Positions 56,385 through 64,000 of a DNA stretch of 64,000 nt are shown here, piece by piece; the stretch's first letter is position 1; every line of letters begins with the position of its first letter. The notes under the pieces were generated by a model. The model searched no databases, was not told the origin of the DNA, and saw only the letters and a list, made by a program, of their open reading frames with translations. The stretch lies in the NCBI RefSeq assembly GCF_011745625.1, contig NW_027191458.1, positions 744,001-808,000 on the forward strand. Reading direction: 5' to 3'. The translations under genes were made by a program, and so were the position numbers. The DNA comes from Cladosporium halotolerans (lineage: Eukaryota).

Positions 56385-58913
56385 TCACAACCCACAATTA
56401 ACAACGCCCAGCCCCCGCTCCCTCCCAAACCTCACCCAATCGACCTCCTCCGCCCGCCTCCCCACCTCCACGCACCGCCTCTGCTCCTCGCAAACCCCCA
56501 CCAGCAACCGCCTCACCACGCCCGTGTTCTGCCCGATCCCGTGGCCCTCGAAGGCCCGCAGCAGCTCGATGGCTTTGACTTTCGCGTCGGCGGTCGGGGT
56601 CGCGATCCCCGCGATGAAGATGGGGAAGACGACGGCGCGGTGGTCGAGGCCGCCTTTTGACAGGATGGCGGAGGCGAGGGAGAGGATTTGCGCGGCGCGC
56701 GCGGCGGTGTCGGTTGCGAGGAGGGCTTGGTTGGCGGTCGGGAGGAGGCGTTGGTTGGGGAACATCGAGGTGCGGGTGTAGAGTAGTGTTGCATGGTAGA
56801 GGAGGAAGGCCTGCGGGGTGTTAGTTTGGGGACTTGAGGGTGGCTGGGTGGGGGGAATGGAGGCTTGCGTACGTGCTCGAAGACGAACCGCAGGCCGGGC
56901 TCGAGGACTCGGCCTGCGATCGGGGAGTCCTTTTCGAGGAAGTCCGGGTATGCTTGGGCCCAGAAGTTGCTGAGGTTGGCTTGCAGCTGGGAGACCTGAG
57001 CCTGCCATTGTGCGTATTGGCCTGGCGGGATGGGTGTTCGGGCTGCAGCTTCGCTGCGGAATCCTTGTGCTGTCTGCGCTATCTTCGCCGTGTGTACGAG
57101 CACGCCGCGTTTCATGTTCATGATGATCGGGAATGCTTGCCCTTCCCTCGACCAACCGGTGCATCCTTGGGATGACCAAAAAGATGGCATCCCGGCGCCT
57201 AAGGGAGGAAGGATCTGTCGCTCGAGCGCCATGCGGAAATAGTCGCAGCTGCCGTAGCCCATGAGGCATGCGTAGGTATCAAAGGTGCAGATCGACCACA
57301 TAACAAACGCGTGCGGCTCTTTCCCAAAGCGAGCAACACGAGCTTGCGTCAGAGTGCTCAGGTGCTTGAGGTGACCAACCCACATGCCTGCGACGGTGTT
57401 GCTTGCGTCAACGGTCATCGAGATGTCGTAGATGAATAGGAGATAATGTCGAAGGAAGACGCCGTCGGATAAGAGGTCGTCGCTTGCGGTTGGTGTTTGC
57501 GCTGAGAGCGCTTTTTCGTAATGCTCCATCGCTTCCTCTAGAGTAGCCTGGCCGTGGTAGCTTAGGTTGAGTGCGCTCAAAGCGCAAATTGCATGATGCA
57601 ACTAGAGGCATGTTAGAATGATCGCGAGAAGCCATGCGACCGACTTACGGGTGGGAATTTCGTCGCTTCGAGTTCAAAAAGATCCCTTATCGATCCAGGT
57701 GTCAAATTGTCGCTTGGTGTGTCCTCCAAAGGGTTTGGGACTAAACGCCCTACGATATATCGACGAAAGTGCGACACAAGGCGGCTTTCCGACGGTGAAA
57801 CGTATGCAGAAGGTGTCGTAGGTTGAGAAGATGTGCCGGATGACGGTGTCATGCTGAGAGACATGTGCTGTAAAGACTCGGGTAGACCTTCTTGCCGACC
57901 AGTGGGACCAAGAGAGGCCGGGAGTGATGTCGTGGCTGTCAGCTCCTCAAAGCGATCCAGTACAACAACATTCGGGTCGGCCGATGATCTTGTTCTACCG
58001 ACCGGGTTTGAGAATGTCCGCCTTTTTCGCTCTGTGCTCTGCTGAGACCTTGTTTCTTGAGGACTGCTCGTCGAGGCGTATTCAGGAAGGTCGGCAAAGC
58101 TCTTTGGCGTGACGACAACGCTGTAAGTTCCCGGCAGTGTTGCTTCTGCTTTCCTTTCTCGGTCCTCATCATTTGTGAGCCTGGAAAACGCTGGGAGGTC
58201 ATCACGAACGGAGGCAGAGGATGCACTCGCGGGGCTTCCTACGCGTGATCGTGCTGTAGTCCGGTTAGGATGGTCATTTGTGGTATCAACAGAGGCCATA
58301 ATGTCAGATGATTGGAAAACGCGGACAGGGAGGACACTTACGATCCCATACGGTGCTCCCGGAGGTGGAGACATTCCGATGCTTGTGCTGTGTGCTCGAC
58401 GTCGCGTCGCTGAACTACCCAATGGTCAGCTTTCAGTCGCTTCATAAGGTACCTAGATGAGATGCCGTACATTCCATCTGACTTCCCAGTCACAATCCCT
58501 GTGAAGTCGGGTGCACGGCTGACGAAAAGTTAGCATGGACGAGACTGGCTTTACCGGGCTCCGCCGTACTTACACCGCATCGCGGTTGAACCTCGTCGCA
58601 TTTCACCTTGAGATGGTCAACTTGACAAGAACGTCGTTGTTTCACAATCAGACTTCACCTACTTTTCGCCCCCGACAAGTGTCTATGGGAGTGAGATGTT
58701 AGCAGGGGTCGCGAGAGACGAAACACGGATCTCCCACGCACAGCAGCCCGCTCTCGAGCGGTGGGACAGCCTTGGGGTCCGTCCAGGGGGCAGTGAGCCA
58801 GATGATCGGCGCTCTTTCGACGAAGATTTCGTATCTCTCCGCGGCGCCAGAGGAGGGAGTTGATTCTGTGATCGGGAAGGAGGTGGAGGTGAGTCCTTGT
58901 CTTGCTGCTGCAT
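56385..58913 (-). CDS. Zn(II)2Cys6 transcription factor with Fungal_trans_2-like domain, 8 exons (introns 58683-741, 58607-662, 58519-573, 58415-470, 58254-341, 57602-648, 56811-872)
   Basis: Splicing rebuilds RSRAGCYTCRGRKVKCDEVQPRCGPCTRLHRDCDW. Downstream motifs are STVWDP, LHHAICALSAL, VFLRHYLLFIYD and VFPIFIAG. All junctions are GT-AG and frame-consistent. The start ATG is uncertain. Confidence 0.9.
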
Positions 58914-60196
58914 TTCTGCAGCCAGCGGGAGAGTTGACTGTCGAACTTCGGCCAGTGCCCGGTGCCGTGACTTCGTGGCGGTTCGGGTTGTGCCGGTCGA
59001 GATTGTGGCTTGAAGCGCCGATTGGGCGGTACGCAGAGTCCTACTTGTTAATAGCACAGGAGGGCGAGCGCGAAGGCATTTGAGGCGAGCCGAGCGATCA
59101 TGGCATGGCGATTCGAAAGCAGTATGTCATGAGTTTCTGGCCTCGCCCCGGAAGATACTTTATGCTAATCCTCGAAGCTTGGGGAAGGCGGCATGTCTTG
59201 GTCAAAAGTAGTAGGCAGGCTGGTGAAGCAAAAAGATCGATAAGGAATGCCACATTTCTAGGCTAGAATACGGTCGCCAGCTCGCCGAGAACTGCAGCCA
59301 CAGTCGGAAAGAGTTTGCAATCCGAATGCACAGGCAGCGATGACGAGCGCCGGCAGGGCCAAACGAGTACCGGGCCTATCCACGTCGCCAGGCATTAGAG
59401 CGGCTACTATGCGCCAGACGGCTCGTAAGGAAAATGCCGCTCCTCACGGCATACAGACAGGCGAAGTGGCGGGATGCAAGGCTGCTTGGAATAGGCTGGT
59501 GGCGGCCACGAGGTGGATCCTTCCGTAGGGCGCCACCCAGGCCCAACTGGCGTCGGGGCATCACGTGTGGAAGATGCATGGAAAACACCGGACGGGCACC
59601 AGACGAGCTGGGGCCGCACTTGTCAAGCGTCGGCCGTCGACTGCAGCGGCACGCAAGGCCGTAAGCGAGACGGGCCTTATAGTCGGGCGGATTGAGCCAG
59701 CGGTCATATTCATTTAGCTCCTATGAACGGCGCGCGCCAACGCAGCGGCATCGTGGCTTGCCGGAGCGCTCAATAACAATTAGACCGAGGAGATGGCAGG
59801 CGAACCCTAGCCAGACGTAACCTAGTGCACGCAGCGGTTAAGGGCGGACGAGCAACGGACGAACGATGGATGCAAGATGGTGTCTGCCGTGAGCAGGGCG
59901 CTGCACGGCAGGAAACAGGGCCACGCGAGCCAGGGCTGGGCGGAGAGCTCCGGCGCCTGGAAGCACTCGCCCGGGCGCCGGGCAGTTTCCACTGCAATGT
60001 GGACATGGCAGAGGTGAGGTGACAGCCGAGGAGAGCGAGGCAGGGCAGCGGTGGCAATGACGAGGGTTGTGAATGGGAACGGTAAGGCTGCAGCTAGAGG
60101 GCGGCGACGCGGGTCTAGCCCTGCGAGGATCGCCGCCATGCGGGGGTCTAGGCCCTGAGCCGGCGACAAGCACGCCTGCAACACCAGGACTTCGCT

Positions 60197-60239
60197 CGAA
60201 CGCTACGAACGTTACGAACGCTACGAACGCTACGAACGC
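60197..60239. repeat. Tandem 9-mer (CGAACGYTA) x ~4.8
   Basis: cgaacgcta cgaacgtta cgaacgcta cgaacgcta cgaacgc read directly. Confidence 0.85.
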
Positions 60240-60579
60240 ACAACAGCGGTGGCTACCTATTGCGGCTAGAGCCTGCGGCGGTGCATCTGCGCGCGCCTCG
60301 CCGTTTCAGCGCGCATTTCCGGCGACGGCGCTGAGCACCGGGACGAGCGCGCGTCGCCCTGCCCGCGCAGCAGCTGGTGGCGCGCCGCTAACAGAGACAC
60401 ACAGGCGAAGCTGGCGAGACGGCTGCTGCCCGTGATGTGCTGCTGCCCACAATACCAATGCGCGCGTGTGCTGTGTCGGAGCCATCCCCCGACCGCCTCC
60501 CAGCGCTGCGGTGCAGTTGACGTGGGATCGCCGGATCGCCGTGGCTCCCACGTGTCTGCCCACGTGTCTCAGGCGCGCA

Positions 60580-63500
60580 CTAGCATGTTGACGCACTCAG
60601 CAGCCGCTCGCGCACCGTCTTGGACGGGTCGTCCTTGGCGAGGCTCGAAACGGCAGCGCGGAGCTCTGCAGCCAGCGCCTTTGAGAACTTGACTGCCGCC
60701 GTGATGGCGTCGGCGCGCAGCAGCCGCACCGCCTCGCTGCCTGCGTCGGCGCGGAACAGGTGCTGCCTGAGACTCCCGACAACCCTGTCCCCTGCCGCGG
60801 CGCCCTCGTCTGCCTCCGCGCCCGCCAGCTTCTCGAAGAGACCCGCGATGCCCGTGTACACGGCACGCTGCAGCGCGACGTTGGGACTGCGCAATTTCAA
60901 CGTCTCCTCCAGCGAACCCTCGACCTGCCGGTGCAGCTCGTCCCCCTTCGCGACCTCCGGATTCACCGATGCGAACACCGCCTCGATGGCAGCCGCCATG
61001 GTGCTGTCCCGCCTGCGAATTGTCAGCATTGTACGACCGCCCACGAGGCCGTGGCGTGCCCGTAGCCGCGAGGGACTCACGCTTCCGCTGCGCCCGACGC
61101 TTTCGAGCCATCCTTGTCGACGTCCATAGGGTCGCCCTCCGCGTCCTCCTCGATGATAGGTCTCACGACGCCAACGACCGTCTCGTGCATGTCGACATCC
61201 CGGCGTGCATCCCCGACGCGCGCGAGCGCCCGGAGCGCGTGTGGCTTGTAGGCTGCATTTTGACGCTTCGCCTCCCTGACGGCGATCTGCGTGGCACCCA
61301 CGTGTCAGCCATGCTCCCCTGTATGCTGTGCGCGCGCGTGTGTGCGCGCGCCTGACTTACCTTGACAACGGCTGCAGCCACGTCCGGATTCTCCAGGTAC
61401 CAGGGCCGCGCGCTTTGTGCGAACTTCACGAAGGCACTCAGTACCACCTCCTTCCCTTCCCATGTCTTGCCGCCCAGCGCTTTCTCCAGACTCGGCCAGA
61501 GCAGCTTCGCGGCATCAGCTGAGATCTGGCCCTCGCTTACTGACACCGCCATGACCGAGTCGGCCACCGTTCGCGCGGCAGTGTGCTTGAGCGTCCACTG
61601 CGCCGAGTCGAGGTGGGTGTTCGACAGCTCGAGGATCTCTTTGAGGTAGAGCAGGACGGCCCTCGAGCCGCCGACCGCCTCCTCCCAGGTGTTCTGGAAC
61701 TGCTCTTTGACCGCCGCGTGGGAGTCGTGCTTCCCCACGAAGACAAAGGGGAGGATGGAAGAGGCCAGGGCGTTGAATCTGTCGTTCGCGTGCTTGGTCA
61801 GCGCGAAGACGATTTCCGCGGAAGTCAAGCTCCTGCGCTCGCGGTCATGCTCGGAATCGAAGTAGAGACTCTTCGCAAAGGTCACCGTCCTCAGGATCTG
61901 CTTGTCAGAAGCATGCCGCGCGACGTATCCCACTGCTGCTGCGTAAGAGCTGGCCACTGTCTCATTGCGGTCAAGCACCAGCTTCTCGATGAGCTTCATG
62001 AAGTCGTCTGCCACGGGTTTGAAGATTGCCATCCGCCTCGTGCTCAGCGAGACCAGGATTCTGCTAGATCCGACCTTTGAGGGGAGACCGACTGCGCTCT
62101 TCATGGCGTTCGCGAGCTTCGGCTGGAGTTCCTGCATCGTCTCGTCGTCTACCAAGTCGAGGCATCGTTCGATGGCTTCCATGATCGGGCTGCTTCGTAC
62201 GCTTGACAGTCTCATGTCGTCGATCTTCTGCTCTGTGAGGTTGTATTTTGAAGCATTGAGGTGAATGTAGTTGACTGCCTCAGGCTCCAGCGAGCTGAGC
62301 AAGCCGACCAAGCGCTCCACCAGCTCAGGAATAAAAGGCCGCAGCGTCTTGCCGTTGCTCTTCTTGACGATCTCGAGAAGCGTCCGAACAGCGAAGCCTT
62401 GCACTTCCTGCGCACTCGACTCCATTCCTGACGGCGAGAGAAGGAACGGCAAGACGTGCTTAAGCATGCTGGAGGCCGTCTTTGTAGAAGAATGGTCAGC
62501 CTCCAGCGCGCGAGTCAGAATGCCCGTGAGCGTCCTCGCCAGAGACGCAGCAGCCGCTCGCACCGACTCCTTGATGTCGTCGAGCACCTTGAAACAGCAG
62601 TTCCAGATCCTCTCCAGGTAAGGCTCGTATTTCTCCATCGATCGCCCTTGCACCAAGTCCGCGATCGCCGCGCAACTGGCCTGTCGCGTGCGCCACTCCT
62701 TGCCCAGAATGCTCGCCAGCAGATCTTCCATGATGGCGTCGAAGTGCTTTTCAATTGTCGTAGACGAGTCCTTTACCAGCGCGTTCCAAATGTCATTCAT
62801 CGATCTCTGCACGCCCTGGTTGGGATCGAACCTGTAGCGGAAGAGCTTGGGGTACAGCTTCGGGTTGTCGGCCAGGTACCCGTCGACGCTCGAGTCCGAG
62901 AGCACGTTGCTCAGACCGAAACGTCCAAACGCTGCGCGACTCGACCAGATCGCGTTCGAAGACGCCATCGACATGAATCTGTAGACCAAGCTTGAATCGC
63001 CGACCTCGGACGCCAGGCTCATGATGTCCTTGTATGTAGAGACGGAGCCATCTCCAGTGGGCAAGGCGCCGGGCTCGAACAGCTGCGTGTCTGCCGACAC
63101 AGTGCCCGCAAGGCCAGTCTGCTTGTCCGACGAGAACGAAGAAACCAGATCGCGGACGAGATCGTCCTTAAGCTTCCTGTCGCCCTTCTCATACACCAGC
63201 CCCAAACCCCTCGACGCAGTCTCCTGCACCAGCTCATCGCGATCCGTAAGACAGCGCTTGAACGCGATCTGAATCGGCCCCAGCCGGTCCTGAATCTCCC
63301 TCTGCTCGCCGCAGAACTGCAGCAGACACAGCAACCACATCGCCGCAGCCTTCTTCAGAGACGGCTTTGTCTGCGCGCAGTCCTTGATAAACCGATCTGC
63401 CAGCCTCGTCAGCGTCGCCTCCCGCTCCGGCCCCGTCGGCACAGGCCCCTCGACGTCCACCTTCGCCGCGAGCGCGCTCGACGCCCACCCCGAAGCCACG

Positions 63501-64000
63501 TAGCTGAACGCCTCACCGACGCCAAAGTGCACCTCCGCCTGCTTGACCTCGTGCAGCTTGTGCAGCTGCTCGATGACGTAGTCGAGGTCGCTCTGCTCGT
63601 CGCTTTGAGAGGCCTTCTCGTCGAGCACCATGGAGATCTGGCCCAGGCACAGCGTCGCCTGCTCGTTGCCCGCTTTCGCGACTTCGTAGACTTTGTCGAC
63701 GGTTTTCCTGATCGTCTCGGTGTCCGGCACGAACGCGCCGAACATGCAGAGCTGGCCGAGCGCGGTGAAGCAGGCTTCTTTGAGCAGGGAGTCTTTGACG
63801 GTGGAGAGGGTTTCGAGGAGGAGGGGCAGGAAGGAGGTGTACGATGGGTCGGATTTGAGGGCGGCTTCGTCCCTGTAGCAGGCGCGGGCGAAGAAGAAGC
63901 CGAGGGTTGTGATGGCGCCGTGGACTTGGTTGGCTTGCGCTCCGACGGCGGTCTCCCAGGAGCGTGCTTTCTCTAGCAGTTTTGCGAGGTGCGATTGGAC
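60580..64000 (-). CDS. ECM29: Proteasome adaptor Ecm29 (HEAT repeats), 5' part outside the window; introns 61287-61360, 61013-61080
   Basis: VQETASRGLGLVYE, TYKDIMSLASEVGDSSLVYRFM, PKLFRYRFDPN, WRTRQASCAA, LDDIKESVR, LSSLEP. The frame is open to the window edge. Confidence 0.94.

Overview
Gene-dense nuclear DNA from a filamentous ascomycete, probably a Dothideomycete (inferred from protein style and short GT-AG introns with CTRAC branch points). I can support about 26 protein-coding genes, several recovered only by manual splicing. Recognisable genes are a SAM methyltransferase, Lsm6, Rad60/Esc2, a ubiquitin-like-domain protein ending in CaaX, ornithine aminotransferase, a Gts1-like ArfGAP, an aldo-keto reductase, Mri1, a GliK-like GGCT, proteasome beta-3, mL59, a Ubx5-like protein, a secreted M20 peptidase, a GCK-III Ste20 kinase, two fungal transcription factors and a 5'-truncated Ecm29. 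I saw no tRNA, rRNA, CRISPR array or intact transposon. The most interesting signals are non-coding: (i) a ~360-nt intergenic stretch (24925-25290) built from contiguous helices whose G-U pairs favour the minus strand and which ends in a T5 run, matching no RNA family I recognise; (ii) a 195-nt, in-frame, stop-free, hairpin-forming intron in ornithine aminotransferase, plus a triplicated motif in that gene's promoter; (iii) a 493-nt fold-back intron in the methyltransferase; (iv) recurrent C-rich-to-G-rich skew-flip islands independent of gene direction. A probable NMP-kinase-fold pseudoenzyme also stands out. All gene models, pairings and family calls were read by eye and need computational confirmation.
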